In this document: in pieces, positions 24,837 to 39,700 of the stretch | Position numbering within the stretch: the stretch's first letter is position 1 | Layout: every line of letters begins with the position of its first letter | Assembly (NCBI GenBank): GCA_040954595.2 | Contig: CM082582.2 | Span: forward strand, 4,510,303 to 4,574,302 | DNA: 64,000 nt | Source: Balanoglossus misakiensis | Taxonomy: Eukaryota > Animalia > Hemichordata | Direction of reading: 5' to 3' | Notes under the pieces: generated by a model | Databases searched by the model: none | The model's input: the letters and a program-made list of their open reading frames with translations, nothing else | Told to the model about the DNA's origin: nothing | Position numbers and translations under genes: made by a program

Positions 24837-27800
24837 ACTAAAAGAAATTAAACTTTAAAAGAAAAAGAAAAAGCACTAAAAAACTAAGTGAATGAAATTA
24901 CATTTGAAAAATAAAAAAGGAAAACAAAATGAAATGAATTAATAAAACACAGTAAAACAAAAAAGGGGGGAAATACATTAAAATGTAAAAAAGAAAAAGA
25001 AAAAGCGAAAAGAAAATTAAAAGCGAAGTAAAATGAAACGAAATTCACTTCAGCAATTAGCCTATAGCTGCCATACGCATTTCGGATACCATAGACATAA
25101 CACACCGACGTTGGCATTGGCTGGTCTGGGCAACCGTATCAGAAAGAAAGAAAAGGAAAAGCGAAATGAACGTCATTTCAGTAATGCACTACAGCTGCCG
25201 TTAGCCCACAGCTGCCATATAATACAACATTGTGTCGACCGATGACCTCAGAAATCTTTGAAACACTCTGTGGTCTCTGGAACTTTTTTTTTCTAGTTTC
25301 TGTTTTTTCAACCAACTGCTTCACACGATTTCGGCACTGTTTTCAACGAAAACACCGTTTGTAGACAAATATGGCAGCGACCTCACTGATCAGGTGCCCG
25401 GATTTGTTTCACCTCTTTTAAACCCCGGTGCGGGGTATAAAAGACCCCCCAAATCAGAGGCGAATCTTAATGCCGTTTGACTGACAACAGACAACACCAA
25501 CGATCTTAGCTCTATGAAAATCGGCCTAAACAGGTCCAAGCATAAAGAATTACACCACACAACGACAGTAGTTGGCTTTATAAACACACACAACATAAAG
25601 TTATCGACGAAAAAGTACACGAGCTTTTGAAACAACGATAATTTTGGGAGAAATCTGGTTTCAGTGCTTTTCAGAAGCGTCCCTGGGAAACAATAACCAC
25701 GCCATTCAAACAGCTGTCAATCGCGTAGAGGTGTAAAGTGTTCAATTATTTTCTATGTACATGAGATCAATTACACAGTCATTATGCACGACGACCACTC
25801 CCAAATAAACAACTATACAAACACACGCTAATCCGAACCCCGGTACTTTCCGCACTGGGGTTTAAGTCCAGTGACTCCAAAGTACCCGGATGTATGCGTT
25901 CAAGAATAGGGTAGTTGCTATAGAGTTTCATGTTTCATATCGTTTCAAAACATTGTAGATTTTTAGGAAACCGTACAACCAATTGAATCAGCGACTTCAT
26001 ATTAAAAAAGGTATATATATCAGTTGGACCATTCTGACGGTATGCCTGTCAAAAGAATGAGTCTGCTCTGTTTCGTACCTTGGGGGCAATTTGTGTGGAA
26101 TGTTGCAATAAGGAAACGCCAGCCCATTTGACTGGGGCGCAAAGGCCGTCGTCGAATACAGCGTTTAGCAAGAAAGAAAGAAAGCATTACCTGCCTCAGG
26201 TATCAACTGCCACGCCTTATCTGCAGCATTGATGGCCCAAAATTACTGTAATGTAGAAGATATGTTGGACAAACAGGTTCAGGAGACGTCCGCACCCAGT
26301 ACCGAGATGACCTTTTGAACTGAGAGTATGCTGAAGAAATCGCGCGTGCGTATACGATGTACTATTTGAACATTTGATCCGGAAATAAAAACAAATTGGT
26401 CAAAGATCGACGAAAGACTAAGCCACCCCAAGAATATATTTAGATGTACAGAATGATTTTGAAATGTAAGTCTAATATATATTAAACAAAATAAAACAAA
26501 ATAATACAAATCAAGACATGGTCTAATGATAAAATAGAACACAAAATGACTAAAATCGTAAACCCATCTATAAAACCATAAACCTTGTATTCAGGAGTCA
26601 AAACAGACTTAATATGTTGTTTTATTGACCAAAAAAATTAGGCCTAATCCTGCATCTTTTTCAGAAGACTTAAATCGAATGAGGATCAGCCGACATTCCT
26701 TACTCTCCATTGAACCTAATGTCGGAATTTAAGATATAATTCAATATCATAAACGAAAGCACATACCCATTAAGAATGGACCTACTTGTATTAGATCACC
26801 TTTTCAGATCATACTCCGACATATTTCTCAAGCACTAAACTATCTGTAATTTCAAAGTTCCCTCGTAACATCTTTATAACTTCAATACACCAATCAAAAT
26901 TAACCAAATGACACAAGAACCAGGTTGCACATCGCATGCAACTTAAGTGATAAATAGCCAATAAATAATGTCATTCGACAATTTAAGTAACGAATAATAC
27001 TAGTAACTAAATTGTAAAGTCACTTTTACAGGCCGACGAACACTCACACCTCTCATTTATGTTCAATTATTTATTTCACTCAACCACGTGTCTCCCCAGG
27101 CTTTTTCCGTTTCTTTTTGTTCTTAAATAAGCAATTTTTTCTTCTTCTTTTTTTCATGAAATTAAATGTGCATATAGGCCTATGTCTTTTTTAATAAATG
27201 TTTAAGCAACAGGGGATCGGGCAACTTATTTTCATGCATGGATAAGAGGAAGGGTCACTATTATTTTTGTCAAAACGTTTGACGGGTCGCTATTTTTGCC
27301 GCAGCGATGAATTGAAAAACACCCCCCCCCCCTGTAATTTCTGTCCAGTCCCTTACGGGTGTCATTCTACGAGACCGGCCATACAACAGGTTTGTCTGGG
27401 TTTAACCCACAAAACATTGCGAAATGTTGAACTGGGGAATTCCCCTTCTCATGAATATGCATACTTCTAGGAATACCCGATGACGATATTCGATATTTAG
27501 TTGAGTATAGTTGATCAGATGTAGATACTGAGACGTACGTCGAATTATTCGCCATTTTTGCAGGAAGACGTTTGGTCATTTTACTTTACCACACCTGTGC
27601 ATATCTGTGAAGCAGGCACCCGGGCCTTAAATAAGGAACTGGCCTGTTTATAGGTAACATAGATTGGTGTCCCTGTTGTAGATAAGATTGCAAACTGCAT
27701 GACGTACCTGTACGCTTCCACTTTCGTTTCATTTCAAACTATGTATGCCTGCTGTTACAACTCTAGCTGCATTCATTTCAACCGCTGCTGTAGAACTAGA

Positions 27801-28453
27801 AGTCTAGGATATAGGTGTATAATTGCATTGTTGCCATCGTCAAACTAACATGTTATAGCTAGCGTTGACCTAATTTAGCAGTGTGTCCACAAATGCAGTT
27901 CTGCTTATGGCTCGATTTTGGCCTTTAAATTACTGTAACACACATGTTCTGGTGCTGCCTTCTCGTCTATGTTGGAATCACAGTCCTCGTGTGTATTAAC
28001 AACTCCTATAAAGCGACTGTGGTTGGAATATCTAATTAGAGCGAACTCCTTTTTCGACAAAACAGCTGTGTAAACTAATAAGGAAGTCATCGTCATGTGA
28101 TTTCTCTGTTTAAAGTTTATCAGCACTTCACGGCGTGCTATTGATCCACCTTTGCCCCTTGTACCAATGTCCATATAACAACAACCACTGGAATATATGG
28201 CGATCGACTTTTCTGATCATTTTGAAGCAACTTCTGCTACAGTATTTTTGTAAAAAATATCACACGAGTTGTACACAGCGATAATCGCTTTTCCTGAATA
28301 ACCAAACCCAAAGCTATATATATATATATTACATGTGTAAAATCAACCAGAACTTCCAATCGCAATCTAATCAGAGCATGGCCAGTCGCTATAGTGACAG
28401 CATCCATCTGTATTTCTCACATTCCTCTTTGCCCAGTCTCAGATAATTGGCGA

Positions 28454-31400
28454 ATGTACATGATGAACACCATGGAGAAAAACGCAATTTGGATATACAA
28501 CATTGCTGACCCATCAGAAGTAATAGATTATCTGTTAGACGCTCAGTCGACAATGAAGGGCTCTTCATCATATTATATGGACGACAGTGGAAGTGGCGCC
28601 TTCCTCATCTTTACAGAGGAAAGTGGTAAGACAGGGTTCACAATTAACTGTGGGATGGAGGGGGGGTCACAACCACCTCTGGACGGGGAACAGGGAATAA
28701 GGGGAAAAAAACCTGGAAAGTACCACCCTTCGTATTTATACCAATTTTGTAGTCCCCAGCTTCCTGTCATTCTTTTGTCTTATGTTTCATTAAGACCAGG
28801 CATATTCGACATTAATTTTAGTTTAAAGCTACAATAAATGAACATGGAAAATTTCATTGGAAAATTAGGACAACTGAGTGAACATACAAAGCAAACTCAA
28901 GGACTTCTTTGCAAGTGATCTACATTATTTGCATGTAAAGCGATTTCTTTTCAGTCGTGTTTGCATTAACGTGTCAATTTTTTTTCTTTCTTATCAGATG
29001 CCACTCAGTTTCTTGAAAGAGAACACCCTCTTTTCGAGGCAGCCATGTGCAGTCAGGTAATGTAGCATATTTCAACAGCACCTGAGTTTGTTTCAAAATC
29101 AAACGTAGATTTTGTTTACACTCATTTGCTTTACTGCATAAACAATCAACTATGCAAATTCAAACATGGTCTTGCATATCACATTTAAACATACCGTATT
29201 CTCATTATCTGCTATTTTGCCATATGCAGTGGTTGGCAATCAGAGCTTACCTTACATGCTGAAAATTGTGTATTTATGTACATGCATGCATACATAACCG
29301 CTAATTATTCTTCCCAAGACTGTATTTACCCCTTGTCATTTTCTGGTTGTTAACAAATTTCAGGTGTTTTCACATATCCATGCAACGCTAACTCTGAAAT
29401 TTCGAGAGGCAGTCGACAAGTTGACATCCGACCAACGTGAACAACTGGCAGCATTGCAAACACCGGACCAAGCACATGTCTTGAACGGTTCGCTGGAACA
29501 GCTTATGGAATTTGAAGCTACCATGTCCGACATCATGATTCACAAGAGTGCAGAGAGTGGAAGTTTTGGTATTGCAGTAGACAGTGGAGAAGGAAGAACA
29601 TCCGAAACAGGTTAGTTCCATGAGGAAATGTTGGCCGATAGCTCTCTTCATGCGTTTTGAATAATGTGTAAAATCACCAATGGCGTGGTCAATTTAAAAT
29701 CAATGGATGTGACTTGTGTCTGGAACTTATACATTGCACGGGACTTATGCGTTGGGGCAGACAGGTATCACATTCATTGTGCTTTCTAATGTGTACTATG
29801 CTGATAAAATGAGTGTACAGTATTGCAAGTGCGTTTTCATCCTCAGGAGATCTACGTGTATGTAGCAAATCTTTGAACTAAGATTGTAATCAATCTCTTA
29901 GTTATACATTCTTTAGTTGCCTTATTATTTAAAACGTTGATGCCTGTCTGTTCAGGGTCCCTGAAGATCAGTTTGATTCACTATCGTACATGGATGTAAA
30001 TATACCATTCCGCCACATTGTGTGAAGCAAAGACTGTGAGCAACAATTGATCGTCTAAACTTTCGTGTTGAATACAAGCTTCAGTTCCTCAGTAATACTA
30101 ATGTGATATTTATCTGCTGTCTTACCAGAGTCTGGCTATTTACCTGGCAATGGAGTAAACACGGGAAGGATGCACCACACAGACCTAAATGTAAGTACAT
30201 GTATTGATCTTTCAAAATGCAATCATTACGGAATGTGCGAGGCAGAATAAAGTACTGGTATTTAGAATTTTATGGCAGGTGCCACAAGTAGGGCAGGATA
30301 CAATGACTGTTTTTGAAACAACTGACATCTCTTCTTGGTCTGTTTGCTAGAGGCCCACATAACTGATTTGACAGTCTATGTACTATGTTGGTTGTCTGTG
30401 TTGTACTGTTTTCTAGTTATTTTTTTAATGTCTATGTAAATATGACATTTGACGTATGAGTCTTTGGAATATGGATGTGCACTTCTTTTACATAAGGTCG
30501 TTGCTCTATCATGTCATATCAAGACTATGACTTGTATGACAATCATGTGTATCACCTCCTTACAAAAATTATATTTCTATGTCACCTGGTCCATTTTTTC
30601 CTGAACACAGGTTTTTGAGAGTGTCACTGGTAAATTATCCCCTTGGGTATCCTCTGCCATGTCCTTCACTGATGATAAACGTGAGCAGGTCCAAGCAGAG
30701 GCAGATGTTACAATAACTGAAGACAGTGGAAATTATCTCGTTCAGTGTTCATCTTTAAGCCATTTACAAGCTGCCCAGAGAATCCTTTTTGCCTCTGTGA
30801 TGAAACACAAATCCAGCTTGCTGCCCGAGACGTCTGAGACTCCAAAGTGTACAATGTCAGAAGAAGAGGATATTTACCAGTCATCAAAAACAGATGCAGC
30901 AACCGGCATCATTCACGGAAAACCGTCCATCTCAAAGCCCGATACTGCAGAACTTACAGGACACGCCACTGAGGATTCAGTACACGGTGCAGCTGATGAT
31001 GCCGATGAAAATAACAGAACGCTGCAAGGTATCGACAAACAGGAAGGCGGCTCCTTGGATTCTGCATCATTTATGGTTTTGAAAGAAGACGGCATCAGCT
31101 GGGCTCAGACATCCGAAATACCGCGTTCATTGTCGATTGAAGAAGACATCTATGAGTCATCAAAAGCAGACACACCAGCCAAATTGGAGTCTGGTACTGC
31201 GGGTTTTACAGGATTGATTGGTAACCCCTCAGCAAATGTTCCGGCAGATGCTGTAGATGGGAGAATGGACACAAGACAAAGGTTTGATGAGCAAGACCAA
31301 GAAAATGGCTCGTTTGATTCTTTCAGAGTCACAGACGATCCAGAAAGCTCATTTGTCCTTGTAGATTCCAAATCAAAACCTGGTGAATTAGATTCATTTT

Positions 31401-34400
31401 CGAAATATGGTGCAGAGAGAGATTCAAGCGTCCAAAGAGATGAAGATGAGAAAGACTTGCTGTCATCCAGGGATGAAGAAAGCACCAAGCTCAGAATATC
31501 ATCATGTGATGAAAAGGAAACTGAAGAGTTATCTAACGTACCAAATGCAGTTGAAGATTTCGCCTCAAAAGAATCTTTGATTCTGTCCAACACACAACTG
31601 GAAGTGCAAGATCCAAGTGAGCCACTGCTAACTGACCACCAGCCAAACAAAGAAAATTCTTCGGTGGAATCCAGTACCGATAGACATGGATTATCGGAAG
31701 GGCCAGACACAGGTAATCAGTCAAGTGGCATGTCAGACGTAGGACAGGTTACCGCAGAGGCACTGCAACCCCACGTACCTGCCATCGATGAAGACATACA
31801 AATGAAGAGTAGTGTCATAAAAGACACAGAAATGCTTGAGGAGAGTTCCGGGAATGGCATGAATGATAGCCAGCCGACAAGTGAAGAAACACCTTTCGAA
31901 TGTGACAATCAGCAAGGACAGTCAGACAAAACAAACAACGATGAACAGTGTGAAGAAACAGACGCAGACAGTGATGCAACTCCCGGCTTTACTGGCAACC
32001 TACAATCTGATGACCTCCCTGGGGAAGAAGAGAAAATGGAGATATTCGATGACCGAGAGCCCACGACAATTGCCAAGGGTCATCAACAGGGCGAACCAGA
32101 TGAATCAACTGCTGTATCTCCAGTGGTGGACACAGATGTTCAACCAGGGAATGATTTAGAGCAAGAACCGTCAATGTTGGCTAGAGACCCAGCTACACCA
32201 CAGCCTCCCAAAGAAGAAACATCTGGTGACAATAAAGTGGTCGATTATTTCAACGAGGGAGATGATTCTGTGTCTACAGAAGATAACGATCACCAGGGCG
32301 AACCAGACGGAACAACTGCTGAATCTTCAGTGGTCGACACAGATGTTCAACCAGGGAATGATTTAGAGCAAGAACCTTCAATGATGGCTAGAGACCCAGT
32401 TCGACCAGAGCCTCCCTTGGTGCCCGAGAGTACCAAAGAAGAACCATCTGATGACAGTAAAGTGTTAGATTATGTCGATGAGCAAGATGTGCCTAAAGAA
32501 GATAAAGATCAACAGGGCGAACCAGATGGAACAAATGCTGAATCTTCAGTGGTGGACACAAAACTACAACCAGTGAATGACTTGGAGCATGAAGATTCAA
32601 TGATTGCAAGAGACAAGGAATCAATATCAGCTACACCACAGCCTCCCCTGGTGCCTGAGAGTGTCAAAGAAGAACCATCTGGTGACAGTAAAATGTTAGA
32701 TGATTCTGTGCTTAGAGAAGATAACGATCAACAGGGACAACCAGATGAATCAACTGATGTATCTTCAGTGGTGGTCACAGATGTAAAACCCGAGAATGAT
32801 TTAGAGCAAGAAACTCCCACGATTGAAGGAGACAAGGAATCAATATCAGCCACACCAGAGCCTCCCCTGATGCCTGAGAGTGTCAAAGAAGAACCATCTG
32901 GTGACAGTAAAATGTTAGATGATTCTGTGCTTAGAGAAGATAACGATCAACAGGGCGAACCAGATGGAACAACTACTGAATCTTCAGTGGTCGACACGGA
33001 TGAACAACCAGAGAATGATTTGGAGCAAGAAACTCCCACGATTGCAAGAGACAAGGAATCACTATCAGCTACACCACAGCCTCTCCTGGTGCATGAGAGT
33101 ACAAAAGAAGGACCATCTGGTGACAGTAAAATGTTAGATCATGTCGATGAGGGAGATGATTTTGTGCCTAAAGAAGGTAACGATCAACAGGGCGAACCAG
33201 ATGGAACAACTACTGAATCTTCAGTGGTCGACACGGATGAACAACCAGAGAATGATTTGGAGCATGAAGATGCAATGATGGCTAGAGGCCCAGCTGCACC
33301 AGAACCTCCCCTTATGCCTGAGAGTACCAAAGAAGAACCATCTGGTGACAGGAAATTGTTGGATTATGTCAGTGAGCGAGGTGATTATGTGCCTAAAGAA
33401 GATAAAGATACAAGGCCAAACGACATCGACGTGTCAGATCCACCAATAGACAGAAAGGATGAAATTCCACCACACGACGAAGTGGAATCTGCCGTTAAGG
33501 ACACTGCTACTCCAAATGACACTGTCGATCTTGACAAGTGTCTTGAAACTTTAGAGTATTTTCACAAAACTCCAGAAGGGATTGCCGTCACAATCAAACT
33601 GGATGACATAACCCAACAGAATACCGACGTCATTGTGAATGCAGCCAATACAAGTTTACAGCACGGAGGTGGAGTTGCTAAGGCAATTGTCAGTGCCGGG
33701 GGTAAACAAATCCAAACTGAATCACGCCGGATCATCAAAAAGTATGGAGAATTGGATACTGGCACAGTCTGTCATACTTCAGCAGGCAAATTGAACAGCA
33801 AGCATATCATTCATGCCGTTGCACCCATATGGAGGGAAGATAGAAAATTTGCAGAAGATATGCTGCATGTGCTGTTATTAAAGGTTTTCAGCTATGCATC
33901 AAAGTCTTTGAAAGCAAAGTCCTTGGCCATACCAGCTATTGGTGCAGGTATGTATGATTCACCACTGTGTTTTTATAGAAACAGAAGATGCATGCTGTAT
34001 TATCTGTTTTTGTTATCAATATATTATCCACACTATCATTTGATCATTCAAGATAATATGTAATTTAATGATGTGTTACTGTAACAATTAGATCTGTACG
34101 TCCCTACGTTCATTGTTTTGAGCTTTTGATGTTTTTATTTGTTCATATTGCAGGTCTGTATGGAATGCCTATTGAATTGTGTGCAAAAATCTTCCATACA
34201 GCAATACGGGACTTTTCAGCCAAACGCGATGAAAATACAGTCCTCGAGGATATCCGCATCATCCTTTATGATGTAGAGGCTACTGGTGAATTTCTCATCG
34301 AGTTTTGTAATGCTGTGTCAAGTGAGTCGCCCACTGCGTCGGGTTATGTTGCCCTGAGAGATGTCGACCCTGGTATATCGACAGCTGCAGCCCCGCCTGA

Positions 34401-35596
34401 TGCAACTGCAGCTGCTGTGTCCACGCCCCGCCGAGGAGTGGTGCGACTCAGCACCAAAGTAAAATCAGCCTCCCCCGCTGTTGACAGAGCATCCATCGCC
34501 GGCCCCTTGACAGACCGAGGCGATTGTCAGATTTGTACAGAGACAGGTGTCAAATTGATGTCGATGAACTGTTGCCAGAATACAATCTGTGGCGTCTGTT
34601 TCAATCGTCATTTCGAGAACGATGGAAAGTGTCCATTTTGCACGGCGGTGGTTTTAATGATGAAGGGGACGCAGCCTCGTGGCCAAATGGATTTCCAACA
34701 TAACAAGAACTTCCATCTACCTGGTTACGAGAAGGATGGTACTATAGTTATAGGCTATGATTTCCCCAACGGAATTCAGCAGGTAATAGTTTCACAGTCC
34801 AGCATGCAGGTGCCAAATATAATGTACATTTATTGGTCCATGTGACAGAAAAGTTCATTCATCCCGCGTGTTGGTGAATTCCAGACGAATTTTTCGATCT
34901 CAACATACATGTAATTCCTTTTACTGGGGATTTTGAGTTGTGAAAAATTACATGAAATAAATAGTTTGACCGGACCATTTATAGAATTCAGAAACAGGTT
35001 TTGAAGTCTTACGACATAGGTATATTTCAAGCCCTTGCATACATCATCTGATACCAAGCATTAACTTACATTCAAATAATTGTGTTGTCTTTTGCAGAAA
35101 TGTCACCCCAATCCAGGCAAGCGGTACTATGGCACAAGGCGAACAGCTTTCTTACCGGCCAGTGGACAAGGCCTACAAGTGTTGGCTCTTCTGAAGATGG
35201 CTTTTGATCATGGTTTTGTGTTCACAATCGGACGGTCTGTCACGACAGGCGTGGATGATTGCGTCATTTGGAACGACATCCACCATAAGACCAGTGTATC
35301 AGGAGGGCCGGCCAAGTAAGAATTCTGTGGAGATAATTGTGAATGCAATGTTTTGGAAACACACGGAAACAAACTTTCACCTTTGATTTATGCAACGTCT
35401 GTTTGCTGAAATAAAAGACGTGCTATACTGTAGAGAGAAGCCAAACATTGCGTGTAGTGACTACAGTCTTTCGATCGGCTCAGTTGAGATCTAGATGCTA
35501 ATGCATTTATTCTGTTTGTGTTACAGCTACGGATATCCGGATCCGACCTACTTGGACAGAGTCAAGGCGGAACTAGCAGCCAAGGGATTTCAGTAA
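28454..35596 (+). CDS. Deltex-family (DTX3L-like) E3 ligase with a fused macrodomain, ~1600 aa, 8 coding exons (start uncertain)
   Basis: Phase-compatible exons 28454-28625, 28998-29056, 29364-29610, 30129-30190, 30611-33947, 34154-34782, 35098-35315, 35527-35596. Macrodomain [21 protein letters not shown]...PAIGAGLYG. RING CQIC..CC..CGVC..CPFC. Deltex C-terminal domain [48 protein letters not shown]. Confidence 0.88.
32080..33410 (+). repeat. coding imperfect tandem repeat (~210-240 bp units, ~6 copies), acidic
   Basis: Recurring [28 protein letters not shown]...KEEPSGDSK in exon 5. Confidence 0.9.
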
Positions 35597-36204
35597 ATCA
35601 TAATGTGAATATTGATGTAGAGTCGCTTCTGATGTAGAAATTCCGCAGAGTCAACCTACATGTCAAGTTTAATATTGTTCCATCAGCAGACATGTTTACG
35701 TCATTCTGTTGTATTTTAAAGTTTTACGCTCAGATACCAGTATTTTATATCAGACCATAGAATACAGCTAATCGGAGACAAAGTCATGTAGTGTATATAC
35801 AACCAAACTACTACAATCATACTTAACTAATAATAATCGTATGCAGTAATCAGTTGAGGCCAAAAAATTGGTCTAGTCATCACCCCATCACTGTACAAAT
35901 CAGACGTAGGCGTTTCTTCAACTTGTCGTGCTGAAGTATAGGTAGCTTAGATTACGTGACAAGGTCTGTAGAAACAAACGCCTATTCGGGAAAAAAGCCA
36001 CAGCCTTATAAATGATGGCTGGTTCATGTATTTGTGTGCTATATATATATACTCAGTTGACAAGCTTTAAGCAATCAAAACCACCAAGGGTCATGGCAAT
36101 GTGTGTGTGTATCGGTCGTTTGAAATCCTTGTCATAATGGTCTGTAGCTTCAGAATGAAGACAATAAGGCAAAAGTGGCGGTGTTCCAGGATCTTCATTC
36201 TTAA

Positions 36205-36714
36205 AGGCACGTAAGCTGCAACTGGATAAAAAATCAATGTTTTAAATAATCTCATATATGCTTTTAATTATATCTATTAAATGCTATTTCATGATAATAT
36301 ATCAAGCTCAACACTTATTTATGACAAAATGGCCAAAAAGTAAAGAAAAACGAAAATTCCTGAAATTTTTAAAAAAGTGCAATATTGCAATGAAAAATGA
36401 AAATCTGATGTCTCAGTGGTGTACATTTACTTCCATGAGCTCAAGTGGATGAGATCATGTTTTGTTTATGAAGTTTCACAACCGGAAATGCGACATTTTC
36501 ATTGTTTCTTTCATTTTCCCACGGTGGCGGCCATAGTCGCTCAGGCTTGCGGCAAAGCTTTATTATTTATCTGGTTAAAACTTGTATATGCACTCATATT
36601 TAGGGTTTATAATGCTTGTGTATAGTTCACTGCCTTCATCTGCATGGACTAATGGTAGTGCAGCGTGAAACAAAAATTATGAAAATTATCCCGAAAGTTA
36701 CAGCTTACGTGCCT
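36205..36714. mobile_element. TTAA-targeting MITE (Kolobok-like)
   Basis: TIRs AGGCACGTAAGCTGCAACT / AGTTACAGCTTACGTGCCT, flanked by TTAA at 36201-36204 and 36715-36718. Confidence 0.85.
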
Positions 36715-39700
36715 TTAATTGTGTAGGTATTCAGGAAAAAGAACAATTTTGTTCACCGTTAAGAGACAGAGAAAAGTTATCAGCAAATTTGATCACAAAC
36801 TAAGAAAACAAATTGTGATCTATAAAAGTGTTGTTTTTTTGGTAAAAGGGCTTCATGTGACCCAAAATAGATTTGTTTTAGTTCATTATTGAAGCCTTAT
36901 CTTTCCGCCTATATAAACAAAGTGGTTTACTTTACAGGATACATCGCAATGAGAAATTCAGCATCCCAGACCTTGAGACACCTAAATTCCACTCTATTGG
37001 ATAAAGATTCATCCAATAGAGAGGGACCACTTTTCACGACCTTCGGATGACATCACAGAATTAGTGCATACCTGTGAAACGAGGGCAATAAATGTTAATG
37101 TTCAGCCTGTATTGTTCTGGTAGCTTCACGAGGCTCAAGGTTTGTGGATTGTGGAACATCTCGCCAATCCGTTGAACTGTATATGTTACATGCTCATACT
37201 TTGAAGCGGTTACAAGGAAATTACTACTACGTTGGCTGTATTTTTTATTTCCTTGTATCTAATCTCTCTGTGTGGAAAGTGGAACATGTTTCTATAAAGC
37301 ATTATAGCAAAGCAACTAGTAAACTTTTTCGCATATTTCTTACCCTTTGATTTCAATATTGTAAATTGACCATAAACACGCACACTTGTGTATTCGTGGC
37401 GTAATATGAAGTAGTTTGTCGTACCATCTTGACCGTCCTACAATGTACTTTTGTAACATGTTTTCCGTGTTGAAATCCAGACTAGTTAAGAGAGTTTGTT
37501 TCACAAAGACAGGAGTTGGTAAAACTCTGTATGATTTTATTTGGTCCTGCTCTTTTCCAAGTTGAAATGTCTATTGACACTTTTGTCACACCCAAGAAAA
37601 CCGAAAGGGAGTGTAAGCTATAAATGTACGCGTAATCCCCGGGTGCGTAATCCAAGGAAATTACATCTTTTACATATATGCCGTGTTTTCGTCGGTGCAT
37701 CAACGAGATCGGAATGGAACTAGCGTCATGTCCGGAGACAGAATCAGAACTGAACGACTTCATGGTGCATTGTGGGATGAATCAGCAGTTTCAATGCTAG
37801 TCTAAATATACTTCGCCGTTATGATTATGATGCATTAAATCAATACCAGGAGATATCGTTCTGCTAAAGCGCATGGTACAAAGTATCATTATTATGCTGG
37901 TACATTTACGTGCCTTGTGTATGGGGTCGGAAATACATTCAGTCACTAGGGTTTAATTTAATTACTGAATAACTGTTCCGGATCTTGAATTCTTCGTTCT
38001 TGTTGTATAATTTTTCTGAGTATCACACCTGCAGCGACAGATGGGGTATGGAGGTCAGATGCAGGTGAGAAGCATACCATTGACAAAAATAGACGGTGAT
38101 AAAAAAATAAACGGCCAAATATTTTTAGGCGCCAATGAATTCGGCAACTTGAATTCTATGTCATTGGCTTGACTTTTGTGAGTTTGTTAGAAAGCTTACA
38201 TTTATGTTCGACAATTTTTAGATTTTTATTAGTTGCCCTCTGTCAATATGACTTTTGTCCCTTTGCCATACCATTAACATGGACGCAACTGTGGAGATGT
38301 GTGTGTTGTCTCATAAATTGGGGGCGAGTATATATGCAACTATGTGGACAACCGTCGATGTTGGGTAGGTACGGAGACAGTGAAATGTTTTAAAAATAAG
38401 AATCAATCGAAATTGAGGGCACTTCTGTTGAAGACCGGTCACAACGTGTAACTGTGACCTTGACACTGCTACCAGCGACTTGACTCGCTGTGAAGGCGTT
38501 CTTGGTTCAAACCGCGTCCTTTTGTATTTTTTCCAAAGCCAAATGGTCCCTCGCACCTATCCACCTTGCCAAGGGGCCGATATCTGAGTGTTCTTAGTTT
38601 GACTATCAAAACTTACCCCATACACATACATGTTCGGCTACCTATTACATCATTCATGGATCGCCACCTTCCAAAATACCAGGAGATATCGGCCACCCGC
38701 CAGATCGGATAAAAATAGATGATCCCGACCCTTTTGGTGGCAGTACATTTACATACACACGTATATTTAACGTCGGAACGAGCAACATGTGAATTTTGTT
38801 ACATGTGTAGACGAATTCATACTTTTGCAAAATGACTAATTATTCACGATACATAATTTTTTATATACATGTAATTTCTACAACCGTAATATGACCATGA
38901 CAAAAAAATTGTTGGATGATTTGGTGCACCTTACACATACCAGCATACACGCTAAAATTGCCTCGTAAATAGGTGCTGCCCGATTAATCTACTAGATCAG
39001 TTGTGAGGCTTATCCGTCGATAACTTTGTGCTTCCCACTTCAACCCCCTCCGATATGTCTAAGGGTTACCGGGAAGGCGAGTGTCGCACCAATCAAACAT
39101 CCCGTTCTTGGTCGCTTATATTGCGGTTGCACAAATATTCGATCAAACAGTGAAATAGACTACCCTGAGAGAGCCGTCAAACCATCATCAATAGAAAACA
39201 GAAAACAGTTAACCGTAGGACTAAACATATGCATGTTTCGTATAAACCCAATAACCCAGCTCCATTGTCCCTGTTTAGCGGAAGGCGGATCATGTATAGA
39301 TATGTTCTCGACCAGACTTGCGCATGCGCATGCGGTAAATCTACAGAAGAAGTGGGGATTGAACTCTTACCCAAACACCTTTCCTCGATATCAAGTGTTG
39401 AAAAAACTTTTTTTTGTGCCGAATGCTGTAAAAAATTCTATCACACACCCAAACATCACATAAATGAAAATTAATGTCATTTTCTCACATTAAAATTAGC
39501 ATTGGACTGAATAGGTTTGAAATAGTCAACGCTTTCTGAAATAATAATTCCTTGGGGTAAATCATTCATGATGTGAACACATCTTCTTTGCTTCGGTTAT
39601 TTTCAAATCCACGGATTTTTTGTTGTCTTGACTTAATGCATCAAGCTAATCCGACAATCTGCATGAATGATTACATGTACATGTATATTTTTTAGATTAT

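Noticed and set aside
31150-31710. 186-aa Ser-rich antisense ORF
   Set aside because: Shadow of the acidic Deltex exon.
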